Positions 28,753 to 38,800 of a stretch of DNA of 64,000 nucleotides are shown here, one piece after another. The stretch spans positions 32,001-96,000 of the forward strand of contig CAVQBA010000004.1 of NCBI GenBank assembly GCA_963710605.1, in the 5' to 3' direction. Position 1 is the first letter of the stretch. Each line of letters opens with the position of its first letter. The notes under the pieces were generated by a model that was not told the DNA's origin, did not search any database, and was given only the letters and a program-made list of their open reading frames with translations. The translations under genes and the position numbers were made by a program. The DNA is from an uncultured cyanobacterium (GTDB taxonomy: Bacteria; Cyanobacteriota; Cyanobacteriia; Cyanobacteriales; Cyanobacteriaceae).

Positions 28753-30733
28753 ATGCCAAATTTAAAACAAATATTAATTAATTTAAAAAAAGAAGAAGGA
28801 GTTATTCCTAATCTATTTGACGATGTAACTCATGGTAATTTTTGGTTTGAAAAAAACCATAAAGCGACAGTCGAATCCATTCACGAATCAACTTTTAGCA
28901 CAATTGAATCTCAATTAAAACTATTCATCAAAAGTCAATTTAGACAAGCAAAAACAATTTTATTAACAGGAGATGCAGGAAGTGGAAAAAGTCATTTACT
29001 AGGAAGTTTAAAAAATAAATTAAACTCTGAAGCTTATTTTGTTTATATTCAACCCATTGAAGACTATCGTTATTTTTGGCGACATATTTTGCAATATACT
29101 GTCACCAGTTTAATGCAAATACCCGAAGGAGAAACAGAATCTCAATTACAGCTATGGCTAAAAAGTTTGCCTGTATTTAATTCTCCCGATTGGGTAGATA
29201 AATTATTAGGACAAAAAAAAGCCTTTGTTCGTCTATTAAAAAATACTTATCCTGCTGGTATTGTTGAAGCAAGAAAATTTTTCAGTATTTTATACGAGTT
29301 AACCACAGAGAATTATGATTTAGCTTGTGACTGGTTAGCAGGTGAAGATTTAGACGAAGAAGATTTACAAATTTTAGGAGTTAGAAAACCTATTGATAAT
29401 GAAAAACTAGCACGAGGAATTTTCAGTAATTTTGGTAGAATTACGGATACAACTAAACCCATTATCATCTGTTTCGATCAAATTGAAAGAGCTTGTAATA
29501 ACGTTTTTAATATCAATACAACTTTTCATAATGAGCGTTTAGTTAATTTTTTAATCTTAATTAGTATTACTAGAGAGAATTGGCAAACCTACAAAAAAAC
29601 GATGCTTCAATCAGATATAGCTCGTATTAATGAGACAATTTTTCTCGATGATATAACTGTTGAAGAAGCAAAACAATTATGGATTAATCATCTTCAACCT
29701 TTGCATCTTCAATCTAATCCTCAACCAAACTCTAGTATTTATCCTTTGAAGGAAGAAATATTAGCAAAAAATGCTTTAGGAGAAAGAATTAATCTTCGAG
29801 TTGCTTTAAATTTAGCAGGTAAAAACTTTCAAGAATTTATCAACACATTACCAGAGTATGAGGATGAAGATGATAAAATTCCACCACCACGTCCGTATTT
29901 TTTGCAAAAATGGGAGCAAGTATTTAAAGAAAGTGAAGAACGAGAAAAAAGTATAGTCTTAAAAACTTTCAAGAAGTACAGTGACGAAGAGTTTCTCGAA
30001 ATGTTTAGATATATTTTTCAGTGTCTAGGTATCGAAAATATTAATCCTAAGTTTTTAAATGGGATAAATGCCACTAAAGGATTTACTTTTACTTGTCCAA
30101 AAACCGGTACTAAAAAGGGTTTTACAGTTAATAATACTTGTAATACAAATTCTTTTACAGCATTTATGAAAGAATGCAAAACAGTATGGGAACAAAATGA
30201 ATGTCAACAGTTAATTTTAATTAGAAATTTTGATGGTCCAAAAGAAAGGACACAAATAGGTGCGCAAATATATCAAGAGTTTATTTAAACCAATGTCTGA
30301 AACCTGTATTCGCCAGAAATTAAAAATAGAAGATTTATATTATCTTTTTACTTATCAAAAAATGTATAAAGATGCTGTGTCGGGTGATTTATTCATCAAT
30401 TTTAAACAAATTTCAATCAAAGAATTATTATCAGATATGAGCAGATATAACATATTAAACAATGCTCAAGTTTTACGAAATCTAGGTTTAGTAAAGTCAG
30501 TTCCCGAAAAAAGTGTAATTGAAAATAATATCAATGCTATTTTAGTCGATTGAGACGAAATTAGTTTTTCGGAATTCTACAACAAAGTGAAACAAGATAT
30601 AAATTTTTATAACTACTTTATTCCTCCTTATTTTTTACGTGACTTGATTTGTCATCTTCATAAAAATAAATCTGTACTAAAAATTATTAATCCTAAAGAT
30701 TTATTTACAGAATGGAGAATTTCTTCTTTATGA
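28753..30733 (+). CDS. P-loop (AAA-like) ATPase, RcaG-like; frameshift near 30283 and in-frame TGA at 30551-30553
   Basis: Walker A GDAGSGKSHLL, Walker B IIICFDQIE; ORF 30260-30553 and the in-frame tail to TGA 30731-30733 read as its C-terminus. Confidence 0.72.
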
Positions 30734-31250
30734 TGATTATCTAAGATAACATCTAAATTAATATTGCTGTCAATAGTATCAACATAATTTGCCTCAAATC
30801 CTTGTAATACTTTTAGTGCATAACTAACTTCATCTATTTTTAGTGATATTTCATTAATTGATTCTGGAAGACTTCTAGATTTAACTTCTAAAATATTAAA
30901 TTTCCAAGATGCTTCTTGGAATAAATCATATCTTTCTTTTGCCGCCGATAATTTTACTCGTTTCTACCAAAGTAATAACTCAGACTCATTATTCTTTAAA
31001 TCACACTCTAAGTTATCTTTTTGTTTTTTTAATTTAATAAGTGGTCTTTTTAAATAACTCATCGATCGTGTATTTTAGTTTTTTTATATTTATAATTATC
31101 ATATTATTATTTTTAGTAAATAATTTTTTGTGTACTATTACTAAAAAAGATATAATTAAGTGATTATTTATTCTGTGTTTTTATCACTATTTAGCTTTAA
31201 TTTTTTGATATTTTTCCGTGTTACGATCGTATTTCTTCTTAATATATTTT

Positions 31251-31640
31251 CTATCTCCGAGTTTTCACATCAGGATAATCTAATATTTTACGATCGAGTG
31301 TAAATAAAGAACAATCATAAACTTTTGCTGTTGCGACAATAATTTGGTCGGCAGGGTCTTTATGAAAGTTAACTAATTTGGTAGATTGAATAATAATAGG
31401 GATAGTCAAATCAATTAACACTATATCTGGATAAGCTAATGCTTGAGTTAACCAATCTTCAACTGGTATGTTTAATCCTAGTCTTTGTTTTTCAACTAAT
31501 TTAGCTATTTCCCAACAAGAAATTACACTAATTCCTAATCCGTCGGTACGATAATTTTCAATTAAATCAAATTGAAATTCTGTCAATCGAGGATTTTTTT
31601 CTACCCACCAAATAAAAATATGTGTATCTAATATAATCAT
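31251..31640 (-). CDS. vapC: VapC PIN-domain toxin
   Basis: MIILDTHIFIWW, ISCWEIAKL, HKDPADQIIVATA; ATGA overlap with the upstream gene. Confidence 0.88.
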   Translation of the reverse strand: MIILDTHIFIWWVEKNPRLTEFQFDLIENYRTDGLGISVISCWEIAKLVEKQRLGLNIPVEDWLTQALAYPDIVLIDLTIPIIIQSTKLVNFHKDPADQIIVATAKVYDCSLFTLDRKILDYPDVKTRR

Positions 31641-31855
31641 GTTAAAACATCCCAATCATCCTCTGAAGTCGCAGATTCAAAAGGATTATGATAATAAATA
31701 ACCGAACCTTCTAAAGGATATTTACTCGATCGATTTATATTTTTTTCTTGAGTTATTTGTTTACTTTTAAAATCAGTAATTTGTTTTAATATATTGGTCA
31801 ACAAATATTCTGGTAGAGAATCAATTTCTGCAATTATTTTCTCTTTATTATTCAT
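31637..31855 (-). CDS. Putative antitoxin
   Basis: 72 aa with C-terminal YPLEGSVIYYHNPFES..DW; coupled to vapC. Confidence 0.72.
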   Translation of the reverse strand: MNNKEKIIAEIDSLPEYLLTNILKQITDFKSKQITQEKNINRSSKYPLEGSVIYYHNPFESATSEDDWDVLT

Positions 31856-31867
31856 TTGTTTTATATT

Positions 31868-32025
31868 TATAGCGTTTGTTATTTTGATAAAACATAGTTT
31901 TTATTTGCAAGTCCCCCTTCAAATAAAAGCGAAGCATCCTTTATTGTCCCCCAGAATTGGGGATTTAGGGGGCAGGGATTTAGGGGGATTGAGATGTGCT
32001 TTGTAATACGAATAATGACCATATA
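31868..32025 (-). repeat. Family A MITE/REP-like element (divergent copy 4)
   Basis: TATAGCGTTT..TTGCAAGTCCCC..ATAAAAGCGAAGCATC..GGGATTTAGGGGGATTGAG, as in copy 2. Confidence 0.75.
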
Positions 32026-32047
32026 TTTTATCTAACCATTTTATACT

Positions 32048-34681
32048 TTATTCAAATATATCTAATTGATTCATTATTTCTTCGGTATTACTGTCACTAT
32101 CGGGCTTTAACTTAGTAATATTTTTCCTTAAACCGATCGCTATTTTACTATGTTTTTCAATTTGCCCCATCACCTGTTTCGCCCTTGAAATAACTACCTT
32201 TGGCAACCCTGCCAATCTTCCCGCCTCAATCCCATAAGATTTATCCGCACCACCTGGTTGCACCTCGTGTAAAAACACCAAATCATTATCTAACTCCTTC
32301 ACCGTCACTTGATAATTAGCCACATTACCCAAAATAGAAGCCAACTCATTTAACTCGTGGTAATGAGTCGCAAAAATACTGCGAGACTGTATCTCAATGG
32401 CTAAATATTCTGCTACCGCCCAAGCAATCGAAAGCCCATCAAAAGTAGCCGTACCTCTACCAATTTCATCTAGTAACACTAAAGATTTATCTGTAGCGTG
32501 ATTGAGGATATTGGCTGTTTCGTTCATTTCCACCATAAAAGTAGATTGCCCTGTGGCGATGTCATCTACCGCACCAACACGAGTAAAAATTCGATCGCAG
32601 ATTGCCAAAGTTGCGTTTTCGGCAGGAATAAAACTACCGATTTGAGCCATTAATTGTATCAATCCAACTTGTCTTAAATAACAACTTTTACCACTAGCAT
32701 TTGGTCCTGTTAATACTACCAAATCGGGCATATTTTCGGCACCCAAGTTAGTAGAATTAGGCACAAACATTCCAAAACCTAATATTTTTTCGACGACAGG
32801 ATGACGACCATTTTTGATTTGAATAACTCTTGCTTCGCTAATCTCAGGACGATTATAATCTTGATATACAGCTAACTCAGCTAAACCAGATAAAATATCC
32901 ATTGCCGCCACTGCTTTCGCTATTTTTCTAATTTCTTGAGTTTTTTGGGCGACTAACGATCGTAATTCAGCAAAGATTAAATACTCTAATTTAGCAAGGT
33001 CATCTTTTGCATTTAATATACGACTTTCTTTTTCTTTTAACTCAGCAGTAATATATCTTTCTTCGTTAGTTAAAGTTTGTTTGCGTTTATAATTATCGGG
33101 TGCTAATTCAGATTTCGATCGAGGCATACTAATATAATAACCAAAGGTTTTGTTATACCCAACCTTCAGATTAGCCACCCCAACTCTTTCTCTTTCCGTC
33201 GTTTCTAAAGTCGCTAACCATTCCTTATCACTATCAATTACCCGACGCATCTCGTCTAATTGCTCGTCCACACCATCACGGATAATACCACCTTCTTTTA
33301 CCTGAATTGGCGGTAACTCCACTAACGAATCGATAACTTTTTTACCTAACTCTTCTAACTCAGGGGGTATATGTTGCAAGGCTTGAAAATAAGGTGCTTT
33401 TCCTTGCTTAGCCAACTCCGAAAGATAACTTAACCTTAGTAAAGAATCACCTAAATTAAGTAACTCCTTGGGATTAGCCGTACCCGCACCAACTCTACCC
33501 GATATTCTTTCTAAATCGTAAATACTTTTGAGGGTATCTCTAATTTCCTCTCGTAAAGGCAAATTTTCCATAAATTCAGCGATCGTATCTTGACGAGCAA
33601 TAATCGCTTTTTTACTGAGAAGTGGTTGCAATAACCATCTTCTTAACGACCTTCCCCCCATCGCCGTACAAGTTCGATCGACAGCCCACAATAATGAGCC
33701 ATAATAGCTACAATCTCTAACTGTTTGGGTAATTTCGAGGTTACGACGGGTTGTGTTGTCTAGGACTAAGTAATCAGCAATATTGTAACTGCGAATCGGT
33801 TGTAAAGGTACTTGATTAGCTTTTTGGGTATCTTGCACGTATTCTAATAATCCACCTGCGGCACGAATAGCTAAGGGTAAATTTTCGCAACCCGCACCTT
33901 CTAAAGATTTAAGCTGATATTCAGATAATAAGCGAGGTTTGGCATCATGTATGTCAAAGTTTTTTTGCGGACGAAGGGAGTAACAAAAGCAGTCGGGTAA
34001 AAAATCGGGAAGACGATCGTTTTTTTCTCCCGGACGTAATAAGCTATTAATATCGGGAGCATCAACGGGATACAAAATCTCAGCAGGTTGCAAACGTAGT
34101 AACTCAGTATTCAACGCTTCTAAGTCTTGATTTTGAGTAGTGAGAAATTCACCAGTAGAAATATCAGCATAAGCCAATCCCCAATGCTCTTTAGCAACTA
34201 CAATAGCCGCAAGGAAGTTGTTTTTACGAGAAGTAAGCATCTCATCATCGGTAATAGTGCCGGGAGTGAGGAGTTTAGTTATCGCTCTTTTGAGTATTCT
34301 TTTCTCCGCTTTAGCTATTGCCGAATCTTCTACTTGATCGCAAATGACCACTGCGTAACCTTTTTCAACTAATTGTCGAGCGTATTTATCAAGGGCATGA
34401 TGAGGCACACCTGTCATCGCTATTCTACCGACATTTACACCCGCATCTTTACTGGTAGTAACTAATTCTAACTCTTGAGCGATGGTAACGGCATCTTGGA
34501 AAAAGCACTCAAAAAAGTCACCAACTCTGTAGAGTAGTAGGGAGTTAGGATATTGCTCTTTTACTTCCACATAATGTTTGTACATGGGAGTTAAGTCTTC
34601 GGGTTTGATATTGCGATAGTCTTCGTGGGGTGCTTCTCTGGTGGCTTTATTTGATGCGGTTTCGCTCATTATCTCTCTCAT
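32048..34681 (-). CDS. mutS: DNA mismatch repair protein MutS
   Basis: TPMYKHY, GDFFECF, TGPNASGKSCYLRQ, STFMVEM, LLDEIGRGT, FATHYHEL, SYGIEAG; the true start may be the Met at 34669. Confidence 0.97.
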   Translation of the reverse strand: MREIMSETASNKATREAPHEDYRNIKPEDLTPMYKHYVEVKEQYPNSLLLYRVGDFFECFFQDAVTIAQELELVTTSKDAGVNVGRIAMTGVPHHALDKYARQLVEKGYAVVICDQVEDSAIAKAEKRILKRAITKLLTPGTITDDEMLTSRKNNFLAAIVVAKEHWGLAYADISTGEFLTTQNQDLEALNTELLRLQPAEILYPVDAPDINSLLRPGEKNDRLPDFLPDCFCYSLRPQKNFDIHDAKPRLLSEYQLKSLEGAGCENLPLAIRAAGGLLEYVQDTQKANQVPLQPIRSYNIADYLVLDNTTRRNLEITQTVRDCSYYGSLLWAVDRTCTAMGGRSLRRWLLQPLLSKKAIIARQDTIAEFMENLPLREEIRDTLKSIYDLERISGRVGAGTANPKELLNLGDSLLRLSYLSELAKQGKAPYFQALQHIPPELEELGKKVIDSLVELPPIQVKEGGIIRDGVDEQLDEMRRVIDSDKEWLATLETTERERVGVANLKVGYNKTFGYYISMPRSKSELAPDNYKRKQTLTNEERYITAELKEKESRILNAKDDLAKLEYLIFAELRSLVAQKTQEIRKIAKAVAAMDILSGLAELAVYQDYNRPEISEARVIQIKNGRHPVVEKILGFGMFVPNSTNLGAENMPDLVVLTGPNASGKSCYLRQVGLIQLMAQIGSFIPAENATLAICDRIFTRVGAVDDIATGQSTFMVEMNETANILNHATDKSLVLLDEIGRGTATFDGLSIAWAVAEYLAIEIQSRSIFATHYHELNELASILGNVANYQVTVKELDNDLVFLHEVQPGGADKSYGIEAGRLAGLPKVVISRAKQVMGQIEKHSKIAIGLRKNITKLKPDSDSNTEEIMNQLDIFE

Positions 34682-34832
34682 TCCGATTGCTTCTACTATA
34701 CATATTATCAGTGAAGTTCTCGGAAATAATCAAGGGGAGGAAATTAAAGTATTGTAAATTCTTACTTTTATATTAGTAAGGGTTGAATATTATTCAACCC
34801 CTACAACTTTATTTGTAAATAATATCGATCGA

Positions 34833-35768
34833 TCACGATTGCAAATATTTATATATATTAAATTCTGATTTATAGTTAGACAAAATTAAATAATCAGAAG
34901 TTTCAAGTTGTCCAACAAAAACACATAATGTTTCATCCCAAAATGTAAAATTATATATTTTTATATTCCGACAATTATTGTCTAAAAACATTGCTACTTC
35001 GATATTGATTTCATCAAAATAAAAGGAAATATCTCCTTCAAGTATTTCAACACCTTCTAAGGAAAGCCAATGACTTCTACTTAATATTGTTTCCACAGTT
35101 TTTTGTCGATCGATTGATGAATAACATAAAATTTGATGTTGATATGATTGTCCATCTACATCTATTGTAATAGGAGAAAGTGTTTGCAGTATTTTTTCAA
35201 TTTTTACTTCAAAAGTAGAAATGCAATCTTGAGTTTTTTTAGGAATTACAACAGGCGATTCATCTACTGTAGGAAGGAATGGATGACAGGGGTACGTAGC
35301 AAAAATAGATAACCATTGATCATCATTCGTTTTACCAATAATTAATCCTGAACAATAAATACAATCGGGAAGATTTGAAACTCCAAAATAATCTAAAAAA
35401 TGTGTATTTTCTTCTGCTTCTGGTAAATCAAACTCAATTAAATATACTTGCAATTCCTTAAGGTTAAATTGTAACTGCTCTACTAAATATTGATATATTT
35501 TCTTTCTATTTTGTTGTTCTTCTGTGTCAAGATAATCGTATTTATCTTTATAGTAATCTAGGTAGTCAGCTAATAACATACCTCTATTTTCCATTGACTG
35601 CCAATTTTTTACAACTGATTCTAAATCTGTTTTTTCGAGAATATCTCTGCTTTCCATAAACTTAACAATGTCAAATTCACCTTGTTTGTCATAATCCCAA
35701 ATCATAGAATTACAATTACTATTTAATTGATACAATTCATCTAATATTTCTTTTGTCTTTTGCTTCAT
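34833..35768 (-). CDS. Hypothetical acidic protein with two possible NuiA-like segments
   Basis: LQFNLKELQVY...LIIGKTNDDQWLSI and FLDNNCRNIKIY...VFVGQLETSDYL resemble the nuclease A inhibitor C-terminal pattern. Confidence 0.45.
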   Translation of the reverse strand: MKQKTKEILDELYQLNSNCNSMIWDYDKQGEFDIVKFMESRDILEKTDLESVVKNWQSMENRGMLLADYLDYYKDKYDYLDTEEQQNRKKIYQYLVEQLQFNLKELQVYLIEFDLPEAEENTHFLDYFGVSNLPDCIYCSGLIIGKTNDDQWLSIFATYPCHPFLPTVDESPVVIPKKTQDCISTFEVKIEKILQTLSPITIDVDGQSYQHQILCYSSIDRQKTVETILSRSHWLSLEGVEILEGDISFYFDEINIEVAMFLDNNCRNIKIYNFTFWDETLCVFVGQLETSDYLILSNYKSEFNIYKYLQS

Positions 35769-35876
35769 GATTTATCTTTAAATACACAAGTACTAAATCA
35801 ACTATAGTACAAAATTTCGTTGATTTCCATATAATTGAAAGTATTAAATAAAATAACGGCTTCAATAAAACAAACA

Positions 35877-36072
35877 ATGAATACTTACAAAGTCAACGCA
35901 TTTTAGGATGCTACAGCTAATATTTAGGTCAGCCAAAGCGTAATAATGCAATCGGTTTTGCAACCGAAGCGTTCGAATATTGATACTTTAACTACAAAAC
36001 TTCGTGTGATAATTCGGTGAGTTACTAACCTTAAATGACAAAGTGCGATCGTTTCTCAAGATACCCAAATCG
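35877..36072 (+). pseudogene. Degenerate DUF1902 (HicB-like) gene, copy 1
   Basis: Aligns to 37801-37990 with stops and indels. Confidence 0.8.
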
Positions 36073-36098
36073 TATTTCTTACTAAATTAAAAATTTAA

Positions 36099-36314
36099 CT
36101 AAGCGGCTATTTCCACAAAACCGACTTTAGTTTGCGGTTGAGGAATTGTTTCACCTCTTTGGGCTAATACTTCTAGATAAAGTTCGATCGCTTCAATTAC
36201 ATTTTCTTTTACTTCTTCTAAAGTATCGCCTATACTGACACAACCTGGTAAATCAGGTACGATTGCACCCCAATTACTTTCTCCTTTTTCATATATAACG
36301 GCATATTGTTTCAT
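36099..36314 (-). CDS. hicB: HicB antitoxin
   Basis: WGAIVPDLPGCVSIGDTLEEVKENVIEAIELYLE. Confidence 0.9.
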   Translation of the reverse strand: MKQYAVIYEKGESNWGAIVPDLPGCVSIGDTLEEVKENVIEAIELYLEVLAQRGETIPQPQTKVGFVEIAA

Positions 36315-36506
36315 TTATTTATCTCCTAACTTAGCTTGTTTCCAAATTGAATTTAGTGTCCCTATTGGTATATCATTACTTGGTTTCCCCGGAACAACCA
36401 CAATACCCGATTTTATCTCATGGGCAAAGATGCGGTGACTTCCACGCATTCTAATTTGATACCATCCATCTTGTTTTAATTTTTTCAAGACATCTCTAAC
36501 TTTCAT
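36315..36506 (-). CDS. hicA: HicA toxin
   Basis: LKQDGWYQIRMRGSHRIF..VVVPG..DIPIGTLNSIWKQA. Confidence 0.9.
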   Translation of the reverse strand: MKVRDVLKKLKQDGWYQIRMRGSHRIFAHEIKSGIVVVPGKPSNDIPIGTLNSIWKQAKLGDK

Positions 36507-36617
36507 TCATAAATTAAATTGTTACTTTCTTAATATTGTAATCAAAAATTATTATCATAACGATCGTAATCGAATAGAACATTAATGTTTATCTAGTAAA
36601 ATATTAAGTATAATTCT

Positions 36618-36875
36618 TGTCCAATGAAAAAATGAATACTTACAAAGTCAACGCATTCAGGGATGATATAGCGAATGTATGGGTAGCAAAAGCGTGATGA
36701 TACGATCGGTTTAGCAACAGAAGCGTTCGAATATTGATACCTTAACCACAAAACTTTGTATTATGATTCGGTGAGTTACTAACCTTAAACGAAATTACCG
36801 ATCGTTTCTCAAGAAACCCAAATCAAATGGGAATTAATAACACATCATCAAGAATTAATTTCTATTGCTTCTTAA
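36618..36875 (+). pseudogene. Degenerate DUF1902 gene, copy 2, followed by the first codons of its hicA partner
   Basis: Aligns to 37786-38040 including upstream DNA; ATGACTAAATCT follows, as at 38041. Confidence 0.8.
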
Positions 36876-36952
36876 ATGACTAAATCTCTTACTTTAGAAT
36901 TAAAAAAGAAAAAATTAATATTTAGTAACTGTAATAAAATTACTAAAATTAC

Positions 36953-36971
36953 TATACCACTAAGTACTATA
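36953..36971. promoter_or_regulatory. Candidate autoregulatory operator of the higBA-like operon
   Basis: Imperfect inverted repeat TATACCACT-A-AGTACTATA ending 9 bp before the toxin ATG. Confidence 0.35.
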
Positions 36972-36980
36972 TAAAAAGTC

Positions 36981-37346
36981 ATGAAAAAGTTAATGACTAA
37001 ACATTTTTCAAAATGGCTGTTAAAACAAAAAATCTCTTATGATGAACTTAAAAAGAACTTAAGTGAGCTTAAACAAGGTAATTTTGAAGCTAATTTAGGA
37101 GGATATTTATACAAAAAAAGAATTCGATTTAAAAATCGGGGTAAAAGAGGTAGTGGCAGAATAATTATTTGTTATGAAAAAGAAAATCGAGCAATATATA
37201 TTTATGGTTTTGCTAAGAACGAAAAATCAAATCTTTCTAAAAAAGAATTAACTGCTTTTAAAGAATTAGCTAAAATTTTACTTAATCTTTCGGAAGCAGA
37301 ATTAGAAATAGCTATCAAAAATAAAGATTTTATTGAATTAAAATAA
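36981..37346 (+). CDS. RelE/HigB-2-like toxin
   Basis: FEANLGGYLYKKRI..RGKRGSGRII..IYGFAKNEKSNLS. Confidence 0.87.
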   Translation: MKKLMTKHFSKWLLKQKISYDELKKNLSELKQGNFEANLGGYLYKKRIRFKNRGKRGSGRIIICYEKENRAIYIYGFAKNEKSNLSKKELTAFKELAKILLNLSEAELEIAIKNKDFIELK

Positions 37347-37651
37347 TGAGAAAATCGATCGCAGAATCTATAACATCTACAGTTAGTGACTTACATAAAA
37401 GTGGACTAGTAGATGAAATTACTATGAAAAATATCCACAATCTTTGTCTTCCTGAAATTAAGGAGTATTCAGCCAAAGAAATTGTTGATATTAGAGAAAA
37501 ATATCGTTTAAGTCAAGCCGCTCTTGCAAGTATTTTTAATCTTAATGTCTCAACAGTACAAAAATGGGAACAAGGAAGTAAAAAACCGAGTAATGCTTCA
37601 CAAAAACTATTAGATATTATCGATCGTAAAGGTTTAGATGTTTTTATTTAA
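37346..37651 (+). CDS. XRE-family HTH antitoxin (HigA-like)
   Basis: IREKYRLSQAALASIFNLNVSTVQKWEQGSKKPS; TAATG coupling to the toxin. Confidence 0.88.
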   Translation: MRKSIAESITSTVSDLHKSGLVDEITMKNIHNLCLPEIKEYSAKEIVDIREKYRLSQAALASIFNLNVSTVQKWEQGSKKPSNASQKLLDIIDRKGLDVFI

Positions 37652-37785
37652 ATGGGATTAATAGTAATTCTTTAAAAAAGTTATTGTCTATGTATATTTA
37701 TTCCGAAGCGACTAATTGTGATAATCACGATCGATCGAGCGAATAGAAAACTAATGTCGATCGACTAAAATATTAAGTATAATTC

Positions 37786-38040
37786 TTGTCCAATGAAAAA
37801 ATGAATACTTACAAAGTTAACGCATTTTGGGATGATATAGCGAATGTATGGGTAGCTACCAGTAATGATATAGCAGGTTTAGCAACAGAAGCAGAGAATA
37901 TTGATACCTTAACCACGAAACTTCGTATCATGATTCCTGAGTTACTTACTTTAAACGACATTATCGATCGAAATCAAGAGACCCAAATCAAATGGGAATT
38001 AATAACCCACCATCAAGAATTAATTTCCATTGCTTCTTAA
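37786..38040 (+). CDS. DUF1902 (HicB-like) antitoxin, intact copy
   Basis: VNAFWDDIANVWVATSNDIAGLATEAENIDTL..MIPELL; the start may be the ATG at 37801. Confidence 0.8.
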   Translation: MSNEKMNTYKVNAFWDDIANVWVATSNDIAGLATEAENIDTLTTKLRIMIPELLTLNDIIDRNQETQIKWELITHHQELISIAS

Positions 38041-38240
38041 ATGACTAAATCTTTTACGCCACGATTAAAAAAACTATTAAGCAAAAATGGTTTGTTTATT
38101 TTGAAAGACAAGGAAAAGGAGATCATGAAATTTGGTATAGTCCTTTAAATGATAAACGATTTGTTGTTGACAATAATATTAAATCTCGACACACGGCAAA
38201 TGCTATCTTTAAAACAAGCTGGTTTAGCTAAAGAATTTTG
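38041..38240 (+). CDS. hicA: HicA-family toxin (frameshifted; pseudogene or read errors)
   Basis: MTKSFTPRLKKLLSKNG / YFERQGKGDHEIWYSP..FVVDNNIKSRHTANAI / KQAGLAKEF*. Confidence 0.75.
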
Positions 38241-38301
38241 ATTGCAGTTAATTTGCGTGGTTAAAATTCTATTAAAGTATTAATATTTTACTTACATTTG
38301 A

Positions 38302-38532
38302 CTATATTTTTCCTTTCTCGGTGATACAGGAATGAGTAAACTTTTTGCTTGTAAATCTTCTTTTACTATTTATTTCCCAAACAACTTTTAATTCATCAAT
38401 AGCAGATGAGGGAGTATCGCTGAATGCAGAGATATTTGGCATTTCTACTAAATGAGCTAACCAATCTCCTTCCTCATCAACATAAAGATTAAGAGTGAAT
38501 CCATCAAAATCATAATTATTATTTACATTCAT
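38302..38532 (-). CDS. HicB-like antitoxin (C-terminus probably frameshifted)
   Basis: DEEGDWLAHLVEMPNISAFSDTPSSAIDELK. Confidence 0.65.
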   Translation of the reverse strand: MNVNNNYDFDGFTLNLYVDEEGDWLAHLVEMPNISAFSDTPSSAIDELKVVWEINSKRRFTSKKFTHSCITEKGKI

Positions 38533-38800
38533 TTATCTAATTTCTTCTGATAATCAATAAATTGTTTTACCCGATTTACTTTTACTTTTTCATCTTTCTT
38601 CCGTTGAATGAGTAAAGAATTATTGTCCATGACGATATATATTTATTCCGAAGCGATTAATTATTATAATAACGATCGTACCCATGAAAAAAGCCAGAAA
38701 AAAGATGAGTATCGGCTAGTAGTATTTATACAATCGTTCATTGAGTTTGAGAAAAAGTATAAAATAGAACTCTAGATTTCAACCATAATCGAGTTAAGTT

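Noticed and set aside
30690-31061. Minus-strand interrupted frame (MSYLKRPLIKLKKQK..LW*KRVKLSAAKERYDL) faintly like PspA/Vipp1
   Set aside because: Internal stop and similarity too weak to support without a search.
31794-32006. 70-aa ORF
   Set aside because: Reads through a family A repeat and is antisense to the antitoxin gene.
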